Origin: a virus
Strand: one strand, 5' to 3'
Virus record (IMG/VR): IMGVR_UViG_3300035661_000009
Span: 64,001-128,000 of that record
DNA length: 64,000 nucleotides
A model generated the notes under the pieces. That model had not been told where the DNA came from. It searched no databases and was given only the letters and a program-made list of their open reading frames with translations. Shown piece after piece: positions 1-10,018 of the stretch (position 1 is its first letter; each line of letters opens with the position of its first letter). The translations under genes were made by a program, and so were the position numbers.

Positions 1-1523
1 ATAGTTAATCCATCTCCATCAGCAATACCCGAATTCCAAGCATATTGATAATTACTTGGTACAAGAGCAGTTTTACCGTCTTTGTATAAGAGTACGTCGT
101 TCTTGTATAAACGAAGAGTGTAGGCTGGATTTGTAGAGAAATTAAAAGCGGTGTTAGCGTCGCTAGCTGTTAAGCTTAAGACTTGAATATCTTCATTTAT
201 ATCTTGTTTAGCGAACAAACTTACCTTACTTCCACCATCCGAAGTTCTTGCATTAAATAAAAGATTTGGATTTCCATTAATACTGGAAACTACTTCAAAT
301 GCAGAAGCATTGCCAATACTATAAAAGTCGCTTGCAGCAAAAATATGAGTAGAAGTAACTCCACCAACCAAAACCGAAAGAGATGATAAATTAGAGAGCA
401 CGAATGGCGCTGAATATCCACTTTTTACGAAAGCCTTAGCAATAGGTCGTGGGCCCGCTAGTTGGAAGATCTGCTCCCCACCAGTAGCTGAATCCATTAA
501 GGTTTCTGTAGATACCGCACCAATAGTTTCCTCATAACCAGTACCATCGTCTATGTAGAGTTTCGCTCTATCTGATAAGGTTACTAACGAAGAACTTACT
601 AAAGTCTTATTGTCTTGTACTGAAGTAGCGCCAAGAATAGAACTAGTTATAGATAATCCAGTGCCTTTAGTTCTTGATTGTCTTGCGTCACGCAAACGCT
701 CACGAAAGTTATCGTCCGTTTCAGCGCCGCTTGCATTTGAGAACGGCAGAGGGTTAGTTACAGTAACTCCGGGGAATGGAGTCGATGAAATTTGTTTAAT
801 ACTTCCAGCAGCAACGTTTCCAGTTAATCCGGGAGTTGAAGCAATTACTTCTATATTGCTTACCGAAATTTCGCCGTCAGGAATTACTGCGGTGTATAAT
901 GTTGAAAACTTGATTGAGTCGCCTAAGGCTTGTTGAGTAGTTTGTACAATAGTTCCTAGGGGTATTTGACGAACTCCTCCTTGAGCCAAAACTATAGTTT
1001 CGCCAAGATCGTGGAACTTCGACGTAGCTACAGATAGAGTTAATGTCCAATACCCAGAAAGTGCGGTCTTGGCGGTATAAGCCATCGGGCCTTCAAAGTT
1101 ATCAGTACCACGGCCAATATAGATATTGCCACTAACCGGAAAAAGACTTGCATCGGTTACATTAACTGTTAGACTACCGGCTACAAGCGCTCCACCACCA
1201 ATATACAAGTTGGTTGAGATTTTAGTAAAACTGCCGTCAGTAAAATTAACTAATCCAGTGGCCGCAGAAACAGTCTTTCTTGTAAGGTTTTCGTCAGCCG
1301 CCAATCTATCTAGCGCCTGTCCATTTGCCCTATCTATAGAAAGGCTATCTAAGAGGTTAAATATGTCTTGAGTAGATCTAGCGTCGCTTTGGGCCGCCGC
1401 TTCCAAAAATGAAAGAATTGGCGAACCGACTTTTAACTGACTTATGCCATATTTTGACAAAAACGCAGAAAGCATATCGTTAAAAATTTGATTGCGCGAT
1501 CTGGGTGTTGGGATATTAGCCAT
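1..1523 (-). CDS. Baseplate J-like wedge protein (3' end beyond window)
   Basis: Hand translation from ATG 1523: MANIPTPRSRNQIFNDML...SIDRANGQALDRLAADENLTRKTVSAATGLVNF and later NPLPFSNASGAETDDNFRERLRDA, both hallmark baseplate-J motifs. Absent from the ORF track because no stop lies in the window. Confidence 0.85.
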   Translation of the reverse strand, partial: MANIPTPRSRNQIFNDMLSAFLSKYGISQLKVGSPILSFLEAAAQSDARSTQDIFNLLDSLSIDRANGQALDRLAADENLTRKTVSAATGLVNFTDGSFTKISTNLYIGGGALVAGSLTVNVTDASLFPVSGNIYIGRGTDNFEGPMAYTAKTALSGYWTLTLSVATSKFHDLGETIVLAQGGVRQIPLGTIVQTTQQALGDSIKFSTLYTAVIPDGEISVSNIEVIASTPGLTGNVAAGSIKQISSTPFPGVTVTNPLPFSNASGAETDDNFRERLRDARQSRTKGTGLSITSSILGATSVQDNKTLVSSSLVTLSDRAKLYIDDGTGYEETIGAVSTETLMDSATGGEQIFQLAGPRPIAKAFVKSGYSAPFVLSNLSSLSVLVGGVTSTHIFAASDFYSIGNASAFEVVSSINGNPNLLFNARTSDGGSKVSLFAKQDINEDIQVLSLTASDANTAFNFSTNPAYTLRLYKNDVLLYKDGKTALVPSNYQYAWNSGIADGDGLT

Positions 1524-1546
1524 TGCTTCCTCTAGATTTAACCTAA

Positions 1547-1981
1547 TTAACCTACTGAAATTATTTCTATATTTAAGTCTTTAGCGTAATGTGCGATTCT
1601 AGGGTTGGTTATGGGCCCATAATGACATATGCGTCTAAGACCTACAGTTACTAAGAATTTAAATGTATACCAATTTGGACAATCGGTTATGTAAATAGTT
1701 GCGTTTTCAAACTTAGCATTACCGGTTCGGATAGCTTTGCCAATGGCTACGTTTTCGGCGTTAATAGTCGCTACATATCGCTCATCGGTTTGGGGCTTAT
1801 ATTGTTCCCCACCTAAGTGAGTAGAAGTACCCGTAGACATTATCTTATTCCCTTCCGCTATAACGGCACCGCGCACCTTTCTTTTGCCTGGATTTTTTAG
1901 ATTAGTTACTGCTCCGGGATCTTGCTGACCTTGCATGGTAGCTAGCTTAAGAAAATGTAGGTCTAGTCGGGTTAAGGGCAT
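1547..1981 (-). CDS. dCMP/cytidine deaminase-fold protein, zinc ligands lost
   Basis: KVRGAVIAEGNKIMSTG, INAENVAI (HAE becomes NAE), ATIYITDCPNWYTFK (PCxxC lost), VGLRRICH. Confidence 0.7.
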   Translation of the reverse strand: MPLTRLDLHFLKLATMQGQQDPGAVTNLKNPGKRKVRGAVIAEGNKIMSTGTSTHLGGEQYKPQTDERYVATINAENVAIGKAIRTGNAKFENATIYITDCPNWYTFKFLVTVGLRRICHYGPITNPRIAHYAKDLNIEIISVG

Positions 1982-2048
1982 TTTGAGACTCTAAGCAAAG
2001 ATTGCTTTCCTCGTTGCTTTCCATGACTGGTGGTGGTATGGTAGGTGT

Positions 2049-3083
2049 ATGGATAACAAGGATGCTAAACGTAGTGGGAAGCCGATTACGGAACTATGGA
2101 ATATGCTTATGCATAAACCTTGGTTTCAAGCCATGAGTTCTGGTCTTGATAAAGACGGCAATGCTGCAATAATTATTCGCGTTAATAAGATTGCTACTGC
2201 TGAAGAGTTAAAAGCTGTTCCAGATAGCATGTGGGGAATGAAAATAAGAATTATTTACCAAAAGAAAAAGGGGCTATAAGATGTTATCGACAGTAGAGAC
2301 GGTAGTTGGCATAGCAGTCACGTTGGTTTTAGGAGGAGCATTCCCGTTTGTTTTGCAATTTGCATTAAATAAGTTTAAATCAAAAGGGCAAAGTATTGTA
2401 GTAGAAGATGAAGACTTCAGCCCAAAGAAGGCAGATTTGCATTCAATCCGATCAGTAAACGATGAAAACAAAGAAATACCCATAGAAGTAAAAGAATATT
2501 ATTTAAAGGTTGTTAAAAATGAGTCGAAAACCAACAAGTGAAGAAATGAGAGCAAATATCGACAGTCTTTATGAAAAAGTCGATGATTTGTGTTGGAAAA
2601 GCGAATGGACAACCATAGATCTAATGGTACGCGCATTAAATTCCGAGGTTTCATTAGAAATGAGGGTCGCGATATTGGTAATCACCCTCGCATGTAAGCA
2701 ACATCTGACAAATAGAGTAGAATTTTACGATAAAACATGGAATTTAGCAAAAGAAGCTGGCAAAAATCCGGGTAATTTGCTTTCTGGATTACTATAAGTT
2801 ATTATAAACCATCATAAAGGAGATTTTTAAACAAATGGCCCCCGGAATTAAATACTTTTTATTCTTTTTACTTACTTTAGCTCTAGATTGGAGCTGGGCA
2901 GCCTATATCTCAGCAGTTTCAGACAAAAAAGTAGTAAAAGCGGTCATTTTTTCAGCATTTATCTACTTAACCGGCGTCATTACGACACTCTTTACAATCG
3001 AAGACCACTGGATTATACTGCCAGCACTACTTGGAACCATCATTGGGACGTATGTTTCGGTAGAATTTTCAAAGAAAACTTAA
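2049..3083 (+). other. Run of four small hypothetical CDS (2049-2279, 2281-2541, ~2519-2797, 2835-3083); second and fourth are predicted membrane proteins
   Basis: Closely packed + strand ORFs; hydrophobic segments; AAGGAG before 2835; TTGCTT..TATGGT promoter-like sequence just upstream of 2049. Confidence 0.65.
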
Positions 3084-3100
3084 GAAAGTTTAAATAAACT

Positions 3101-3979
3101 ATGCCTAGATATAAAAATATAAGAAAACCGAAGATTGAAACAAAGCAAGAAGCAAGCTCTAAGCCTAAGACCCTAGAAGAGACATCAAAACTAAGAAAGC
3201 AAATTGAACACGCACAAATTGAACACGCGAAGCAACAACTAGGTTCTAGATTAGATATGACCGCAGAAGAAGCTATTGAAAGCATTGTAAAAAATGAAGA
3301 ATCGCTTACTTGGGAAGATTGTGCAGACTTAGATTCGCCGGTTACTATAAGTAACCTCAAGGCCAGAAATACCTTAGGTAGAATAGACTTATTGACAGGC
3401 ATGGCAAAATCCGAAGAGTTAAGTGTAGTGCTTTCTAAACAATTTAAAGAACAAAAAGATATTAACGCCGCCTTAACGCTTCAACTAGAAGATGCTAGAG
3501 AAAACTTACGAGTTGAAGATCTAACTGTGGAAAGCTTAGAGACGGCTTTAATCGAATTTTCTGACGAAAATGTAAGATTAGAAAACATACTTCAATCAAT
3601 CGACTCCTGGCTAGATGAGCGCTCAACAGGCCTAGCTAGAATAGACGAAAATAGAACCGAAGAGCAAAAAGCAAAGCAACAGCACGATTTAATCAATACA
3701 GTTAAAGATGTGTTTAGCGAGTTAATACTGGCCCATGCCGATATTACATTATTAAAAGATCAATTAAAAACTCATCAAACTATTTGCGAAGGCGGCGATT
3801 TAATAAATGAAATGTTAAATAAAAGGATTAAAAATCTTGAAAATGATAATGAATTAATAGATGCGCAAAAACAAGCAAGAACTCTAAAAAAGGCTTTAAA
3901 AACTATTATAAAAAATAAAGGCGTTTGGCGAGTTGGCGACCTTATGGATTTAAACGATTTACTAAAAGGATTAGAATAA
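3101..3979 (+). CDS. Hypothetical coiled-coil protein
   Basis: 292-aa ORF rich in E/K/L with heptad-like periodicity. Confidence 0.7.
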   Translation: MPRYKNIRKPKIETKQEASSKPKTLEETSKLRKQIEHAQIEHAKQQLGSRLDMTAEEAIESIVKNEESLTWEDCADLDSPVTISNLKARNTLGRIDLLTGMAKSEELSVVLSKQFKEQKDINAALTLQLEDARENLRVEDLTVESLETALIEFSDENVRLENILQSIDSWLDERSTGLARIDENRTEEQKAKQQHDLINTVKDVFSELILAHADITLLKDQLKTHQTICEGGDLINEMLNKRIKNLENDNELIDAQKQARTLKKALKTIIKNKGVWRVGDLMDLNDLLKGLE

Positions 3980-4539
3980 TGACCAGTTTGAAGCTACCGA
4001 AAGATAGAAACCTATTTTTTACGAGACAAGTAACCCAAGATAGCATTGCAACTTTAACTAAAGAGCTTTTAGATATAGAAACAAACGATATTGAACTAAA
4101 GAAGCAATATGCTTATCATGAACTCACCTACACACCAAAACCGATTAATTTGTTTATAGATAGTTTTGGAGGAAGTGTATACCAAGGATTTGGAGTTATT
4201 GGCGTAATGGAGAAGCTAACTACACCCATTACTACGATAGTTACGGGGTGCGCAATGTCTTGCGGCTTTCTTATGGCAATGCATGGAAACCACAGGTTAG
4301 CATACAAACACTCGACGTTAATGTTTCATCAAATCTCTTCTGGGGTTTGGGGGAAGCTAAATGATATGGAGGCCGACGTAGAAGAAGCCAAGAGACTACA
4401 AAAGATTATCTTCAAAATGACCCTTAAGAAGACTAAGATAAGCAAAGAAACTCTTGAAAAGAACTATAAACGTAAAATTGACTGGTTTATGCCAGCAGAA
4501 GAAGCGTTGAAAAATGGCGTAATAGATGGAATAATATGA
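3979..4539 (+). CDS. clpP: ClpP-family serine protease
   Basis: INLFIDSFGGSV, VTGCAMSCGFL (catalytic Ser), TLMFHQISSG (His), DWFMPAEEALKNGVID (Asp). Start placed at ATG 3979, overlapping the upstream stop. Confidence 0.88.
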   Translation: MTSLKLPKDRNLFFTRQVTQDSIATLTKELLDIETNDIELKKQYAYHELTYTPKPINLFIDSFGGSVYQGFGVIGVMEKLTTPITTIVTGCAMSCGFLMAMHGNHRLAYKHSTLMFHQISSGVWGKLNDMEADVEEAKRLQKIIFKMTLKKTKISKETLEKNYKRKIDWFMPAEEALKNGVIDGII

Positions 4540-7003
4540 ATAATATGAATAAAATTAATGAAATTAATGACTTACAAGAAAATTACGATGAAATTCGTAA
4601 AGAATGCTATGATTTAAACCAAAAATACAGCTTGGCTCTTCGTAGCATTAAAGACCTCATCCGCACTGGACAGGGGTTCATGGATGCTGTAAGGTCAGAC
4701 ACCAAGACAGCCTATCCGTGGGCTGGCTGGGAAATAGAAGTTGATAAGGCTATGAAGCTAATTGAGGATAATAAATGATAAATGATAACGAGCTTTGGCG
4801 CGACTATGAAGAATCGGTGAACGCGAAGGAAGTAGACCATTGATTCCCGACATAAGCGACAGCATGATTAAAGAATGCAGTCTTGGGCACAAAAGCTTTG
4901 AGCCGAAGTGCCGTTTTTGTGAAAACGAAATAAAAATAGAAGACTTTCGTGCTGAACTCGCCCGACTCAATTCCCAAAATGCCTATCTCCGGGGGTATAT
5001 ACATACCTTGGAATGCTCGTTTGGTGAAAGTCCCGATACGGTTCACTGTCCAATAGATAGTCCATGCCTAACCTGTAAAGTTTCTAAAGAAAAAGATTCT
5101 TGGCACGCTCCTAACTTTGCTTATTGGTGCTGTTCTAATGGTAAAGGCAAGAATGGGTCAGATATCTGCACTAACGACTGCCCATATGGACATTTAAGCG
5201 GCTGCGAAGCAGTCAGCGCTTTTGTCGATGATTGCAAATCCGATCCCGACCTTATTCAGCACGACTAGCACGACTAGCCAGCCTATGAAGCCTATGAAGC
5301 CTATGAAGATTATGATAAGCCTATGATGATTTTCCTTAAAATGCGCATCGGTACAGAAATGCCCGGCCCATTGTTTAATGGGTTTATAAACAATTACCCT
5401 TCTAGTAATGTCAATGGCCATTACTTAAATGAAATTGCAGAGATTAAGCACTCATTTATACATTACCAATATTTATGGTATACGCTCGTCGGGAATTGGC
5501 CCACACCCGACGACTTAGACGACTTAGACGACTTAGACGACTTAGACCCTCTTACCGATTTTTCATGGCATCTTACCGACGAGCAGCTTACCAAACCCTA
5601 GACAGCCAACCCTAGACAGCCAACCCTTCCCGTGGTACAATATACTATGCGCATTTACATAGTCACCTACAAACCCCATGCCGACCGTTTTGGTCCCGAA
5701 GACTCTGAGATTATTGGGGTCTTTACTGACCAAACGGCCATGAACACGTTTATGGCCCTAAACCATCCGACTTACGGCGACTTACAGCGACTTATCGATA
5801 ATTGAATGGGAAACTGAAGGGAATCGTCCAGCATAACCGACATAACCGACATAACCCATGATAACCGACATAACCCGACATAACCCATGACATTTATGCT
5901 TAGACAGACATCCTTATTAGGCGATCTTAGGCTTAAGATCAGGCTCTCGCCCGGCACAAAGATCTCACGTAGTTTTAGTAGGATAATTAATGTGCGTAAA
6001 CATTACTTAATAAATTCAGCAATTAAAGGAATGACGACTAATACGGTTAAATTCATGAATGGATTTCTAATAAAGGGGAATCGATGGCATTATTTCGAGA
6101 GAAGTTATATAAGTGTTATATAAGTGTTATATAAGTGTTATATAAATATTAAAGAGTAGATGATAACTATTTTTATTAGACGAACAAGCCACACCTTTGT
6201 AAATGCCTATGTTAAGACAAAAATTCAGCGTTTTCAACCACTTCAAGCTTCAAGCATAAGATATTCATATTTTGTATTTATTAATAGTAATTCAGAAATC
6301 AGAATCCGTCACCGTCAAATGAGTTTTAATACTTTAGAATTGAAAGTAAACCCAACAATGAAGGTAGTTACGTTTAATGACGCCGAGATAAGCCTATGAA
6401 GCCAAGATTTATGTTTACGACGAACAATAAAGGGCAGGGAAGAAAGTACGATAAGTGGAACCGGCTACGTAAGGCGACGTAGCATGATAAAGTGCTCGCC
6501 ATCATATTTCCGAAGTTATTTCTATTGTTCTTATATTGGGGCCAAAAATATCGATGGAACCCCCAGCACAGATAGATACCCGAATAACTACTAAATAACC
6601 ATTATTTATGATAATATTTACATCAAAACCTCATTATGCCAGGAATAAAACCCAAATTCAATACATCGGGAGCGGCAATAGTTTTGTAGAAACCGCCATG
6701 GCCCGGTCCTTTCCAAGCACCTATATTCAAGGAACCCGGCCTCTCGACATATTATGTGCGACGTGTAACCAAAAGACCGAAAAGGCGCCATATTGCTCAA
6801 ACCCATTCCATTTAACCCATAATTTATTTATCAATAACGGTTCAGGCTTCGACGCACCGAATGTACCGAATGTACCGAATGTACCGAACGCACCGAATGT
6901 ATGGACGATGAGTGTATTGAAATATGCCCCCGATTTCTTCTATACGGCCATTATAGCGACGATCGACGACTGGACCGGTAGTAGCACCGTAAGTGGGTAT
7001 TAA
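4536..7003 (+). other. Run of small hypothetical CDS (4536-4778, 4840-5268 Cys-rich, 5323-5601, 5887-6123, 6160-6399, 6608-7003)
   Basis: Co-oriented ORFs; several contain in-frame 9-nt tandem repeats (DDL x4, PNV x3-4). Confidence 0.55.
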
Positions 7004-7039
7004 GGGGTATTAAGGGGTATTAAGGGGTATTAAGGGGTA
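6995..7039. repeat. Tandem repeat TAAGGGGTAT x4
   Basis: Read directly; overlaps the stop of 6608-7003. Confidence 0.9.
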
Positions 7040-7436
7040 CGCGGTTTATCAAATTTTATCAAATTTTTGGGAATTTTGGGATTTTTTATTAAAATTTTTT
7101 ATTTTTAGGTACCATACCGACCATACCGACCATACCGACGCCCTATATTCCCGGTTATACTTATTATAATGTGTGGGTGTGGGTGTGGGTGTGGGTGTGG
7201 GTGTAGGTGTGGGAGTAAGTGGTGATATAAAGGCTTAATTTTTGGGAAATTTTTTTGGGTTGGTGTATCTCTGGGATAAATAGACCCTTCAGTTAGATTG
7301 TATACATAGTTTACATGGTTCGCATATTGTAAGGGGTGGGTCAATATACCCCACCCCTATTGACAATTCGATCAATCGTCAGAATTGAAAAGAGCAGGAA
7401 TGACGATTGAGGCAATACAGGCGATCACGAGGTAGA

Positions 7437-7643
7437 TCACTCGTCCTCTGACGTATCGATTTCCAGAGCGCCGTCACCTGCGATCGAAATGATGCGGGTA
7501 GGCGGAATGCCCATGGCCGCACCGATCTCCGTCTTCCGCCGATCATCGCCATCCTTCAGCCACGCCGAGATCTTCCGACGCTGATCAGGGGTGAGATCCT
7601 TCATTCCTGCCTTGCCGTTGAAGTCGCCAGAGAAATCAGCCAT
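7437..7643 (-). CDS. Hypothetical protein, GC-rich island
   Basis: 68 aa, GC-rich codons, AAAGGA RBS, own promoter at 7714-7742. Confidence 0.75.
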   Translation of the reverse strand: MADFSGDFNGKAGMKDLTPDQRRKISAWLKDGDDRRKTEIGAAMGIPPTRIISIAGDGALEIDTSEDE

Positions 7644-7702
7644 TGGGTTCGTCCTTTAGTTGAGGGTTGGTTGAGGGTTGGTTGAGGGTTGGGTCTTTCA
7701 GT

Positions 7703-7742
7703 GCTGCCTCTCATTTATACAGGAATGAGAGGCAGCTTTCAA
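7703..7742 (-). promoter_or_regulatory. Promoter TTGAAA-17-TATAAA overlapped by a 13-bp inverted repeat
   Basis: -35 at 7742-7737, -10 at 7719-7714; arms GCTGCCTCTCATT 7703-7715 and AATGAGAGGCAGC 7724-7736. Confidence 0.6.
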
Positions 7743-7771
7743 GCGCCAAATCCGATTATTCGATTATTCGA

Positions 7772-8104
7772 TTATTCGACGGAAGACGGCATGAAGAGAG
7801 CCACGGCCGTTTCCAGATCCTTGACCCGTTGCGTCAGCGCTTCGACTGCAGCCATGACTGCCATGGCCTTTGCCAGCGCGTTGGAGTCGACCGGGGGCGT
7901 GGGCGCGACCCCCGTCACCGAGTGGGCGTCCTTGCCGTCGCTCGACTGTCTTGATACCCATGGTGATGGGCGCGGGTGCGCTTCACCTTCGCTGAAATGC
8001 CACGCCCCGGTTCCCCGAGCGTAGAAGATCGGATCGCCGACCTTGATTGGGGCACCAGTCTTTGCGGAAGTCGAATTCAGCTTGGAAATCATGAGCTTTG
8101 CCAT
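7772..8104 (-). CDS. Hypothetical protein, GC-rich island; chimeric with the neighbouring gene
   Basis: 110 aa, AAAGGAA RBS; shares QSSDGKDAHSVT with 8267-8497. Confidence 0.75.
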   Translation of the reverse strand: MAKLMISKLNSTSAKTGAPIKVGDPIFYARGTGAWHFSEGEAHPRPSPWVSRQSSDGKDAHSVTGVAPTPPVDSNALAKAMAVMAAVEALTQRVKDLETAVALFMPSSVE

Positions 8105-8158
8105 GGCGTCTATTCCTTTGCGGGTGAACTACAACTACCACTACCACTGCAACTAGAC

Positions 8159-8215
8159 ATCCTACAGAATCAGGGAGCGAATTGCAACCCCTAGACGTTT
8201 ATTTCTAGGGGTTGC
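8159..8215 (-). promoter_or_regulatory. Promoter TTGCAA-17-TAGGAT adjoining a 12-bp hairpin (probable terminator of the upstream gene)
   Basis: -35 at 8187-8182, -10 at 8164-8159; hairpin arms 8184-8195 and 8204-8215. Confidence 0.6.
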
Positions 8216-8266
8216 TTTCAACCCTTGACCCTTGCCCTTGATTGTCGTCGATTAGGCCAGCGTCGA

Positions 8267-8497
8267 TTAGGCCAGCGCATTCAGCAGAGCGGCCGTGTCG
8301 ACCGGCGCCGAACCGTCGAGGCTCGCCCGGAACTTGTCCGCTTCGGCGCCGGTCAGCAGCACGGTCACCGAGTGGGCGTCCTTGCCGTCGCTCGACTGGC
8401 CGGTGGGGGTGACCTTCAGCAGATACGACCCGCCCGCGTTCACCAGCGAAACCGAAACCTCAGCGCGGCGGTTGCCCTTCATGATCTTGATACCCAT
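8267..8497 (-). CDS. Hypothetical protein, GC-rich island
   Basis: 76 aa, CAGGAG RBS, GC-rich codons. Confidence 0.8.
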   Translation of the reverse strand: MGIKIMKGNRRAEVSVSLVNAGGSYLLKVTPTGQSSDGKDAHSVTVLLTGAEADKFRASLDGSAPVDTAALLNALA

Positions 8498-8539
8498 GGT
8501 GATTCTCCTGTACTTCGTTGACTGCGTTTGACTGCGTTT

Positions 8540-8745
8540 GACTGCGTGCTGCCTGCTCAGTATCTCATGCCTTGATGCTGCCGTCTACACCCCTTCGATT
8601 CTTTTTTTGGGGTCTGCGCACCGTAGGGAAACCTTCTCCCTCTCTCCCTGCCCGCCCACCTCGCCCCGGTGTTTGCTGCGTGCTGCGCGCTGCGTGCTGC
8701 GTGCTGCCTGCTCAGTATCTCATGCCTTGATGCTGCCTGCAAGCG
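8540..8745 (-). promoter_or_regulatory. Two duplicated leftward promoters (TAGACG or TTGCAG-17-GATACT)
   Basis: About 40-bp direct repeat CTGCGTGCTGCCTGCTCAGTATCTCATGCCTTGATGCTGCC at ~8542 and ~8697, each with an identical 17-bp spacer. Confidence 0.55.
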
Positions 8746-8803
8746 CCGATCGTCGTTTTCGTCGTTTTCTTTCGACGCTTAATCGCCATGACCTAGGGTT
8801 GCG

Positions 8804-8858
8804 TGGCAGTATTTGGCAGTATTTGGCAGTATTTGGCAGTATTTGGCAGTATTTGGCA
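8804..8858. repeat. Tandem repeat TGGCAGTATT x5.5
   Basis: Read directly; sits at the GC-rich/AT-rich boundary. Confidence 0.9.
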
Positions 8859-9161
8859 ACACTTGTTACATAAGCCTACATAAGCCTTTACATAATTCCA
8901 CTAGGGAGAAAACACTAAATTGCATTTACAAATAGCTAAGTCTTTGATATCATTAGATGTGGGTAATTGACTACATCATAATTAGTACAGAAGTATGAAC
9001 ATTTTACACCTAGGAAATATGTCTTTAAAGCTTCTTGACAAATGTATAATCTTCTTACTTAGCTAAAGTATTGATTTTATTAGTTTGTATAGTTTGTATA
9101 GTTCGCAACTAGTTTGTATCTTTTGCTTACAAACAGTGCTTTATCCCTATACAAATAATTG

Positions 9162-9374
9162 TTACTTATTCTTACTCTTACTCTTATTCTTATTCTTACT
9201 TTTACTACTGTCATCAAACATTACAAATAGAACACCTATAACTAAACCTATAACTAGACCTATAAAACAACTAATAATAGATTTATTATATATACCACCT
9301 AATACTACACCTACCATTGAATACACAAGTATTGTAAATATATCTACCAAGCTATTCACCAAGCTATTCACCAA
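9162..9374 (-). CDS. Small two-helix membrane protein with Lys/Ser/Asn tail
   Basis: Two hydrophobic segments followed by SKSKNKNKSKSKNK. Confidence 0.55.
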   Translation of the reverse strand: MVNSLVNSLVDIFTILVYSMVGVVLGGIYNKSIISCFIGLVIGLVIGVLFVMFDDSSKSKNKNKSKSKNK

Positions 9375-9408
9375 CCTTTCGCACCTAATACCTAATCCTG
9401 TATACTAC

Positions 9409-9433
9409 AAAAAAGCCCTAATATTATAGGGTT
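9409..9433 (-). terminator. Intrinsic terminator candidate at the 3' end of the peptide array
   Basis: ACCCTA-TAATAT-TAGGGC followed by T6 on the minus strand. Confidence 0.55.
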
Positions 9434-9480
9434 GCGTTCTCCTATACGACTAATCTTCTATCCTATTAGTAACCAATCTT

Positions 9481-9513
9481 CTACCTAGTAAGTCTGGTAA
9501 GTCTAGTTTTCAT
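9481..9513 (-). pseudogene. Truncated array unit (MKTRLTRLTR*)
   Basis: Normal spacer and start, TAG after 10 codons, no core. Confidence 0.7.
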
Positions 9514-9549
9514 GGTATTGGTTAGTTATTTATTTAGCTATTTATTTAG

Positions 9550-9720
9550 TTAATTACTCTGACTACCACTATAACTATAACTAACACTACCACTATAACT
9601 AACACTACCACTAACACTACCACTATTACTACCACTACCACTAAGACTACTACGCCAAAGCTTTATATACCAAGGTATTGGAGGGTAATATCTAGTAAGT
9701 CTCATAATTCTAGTTTTCAT
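9550..9720 (-). CDS. Ser/Gly-rich array peptide (56 aa, not in ORF track)
   Basis: MKTRIMRLTRYYPPIPWYIKLWRSSLSGSGSNSGSVSGSVSYSGSVSYSYSGSQSN. Confidence 0.75.
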   Translation of the reverse strand: MKTRIMRLTRYYPPIPWYIKLWRSSLSGSGSNSGSVSGSVSYSGSVSYSYSGSQSN

Positions 9721-9744
9721 GATATTGGTTAGTTATTTATTTAG

Positions 9745-9999
9745 CTAATTACTCTTACTACCACTACCACTATTACTAACACTATTACTACCACTATTAC
9801 TAAAACTAACACTATAACTACCGCTATAACTACCGCTAAAACCATAACTACGACTACCACTACTACTATAACTAACACTACCGCTACCACTACGACTATA
9901 ACTATTACTACTACGCCAATGCTTCAAATACCAAGGTATTGAAGGATATGGTCTAGTAAGCCTAGTAAGTCTGGTATGTCTAGTTTTCATGGTTTTCAT
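9745..9999 (-). CDS. Ser/Gly-rich array peptide
   Basis: Leader YPSIPWYLKHWR + (XS)n core. Confidence 0.75.
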   Translation of the reverse strand: MKTMKTRHTRLTRLTRPYPSIPWYLKHWRSSNSYSRSGSGSVSYSSSGSRSYGFSGSYSGSYSVSFSNSGSNSVSNSGSGSKSN

Positions 10000-10018
10000 G
10001 GTATTGGATAGTTATTAG

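Noticed and set aside
610-1371. Plus-strand ORFs 610-936 and 1126-1371
   Set aside because: Antisense shadows of the baseplate J gene.
7667-8873. Several plus-strand ORFs in the GC-rich island
   Set aside because: Stop-poor antisense frames of GC-rich DNA; RBSs and promoters support the minus-strand genes.
9035-9050. TTGACA and TATAAT consensus hexamers
   Set aside because: They are only 4 nt apart, which is not a valid sigma70 geometry.
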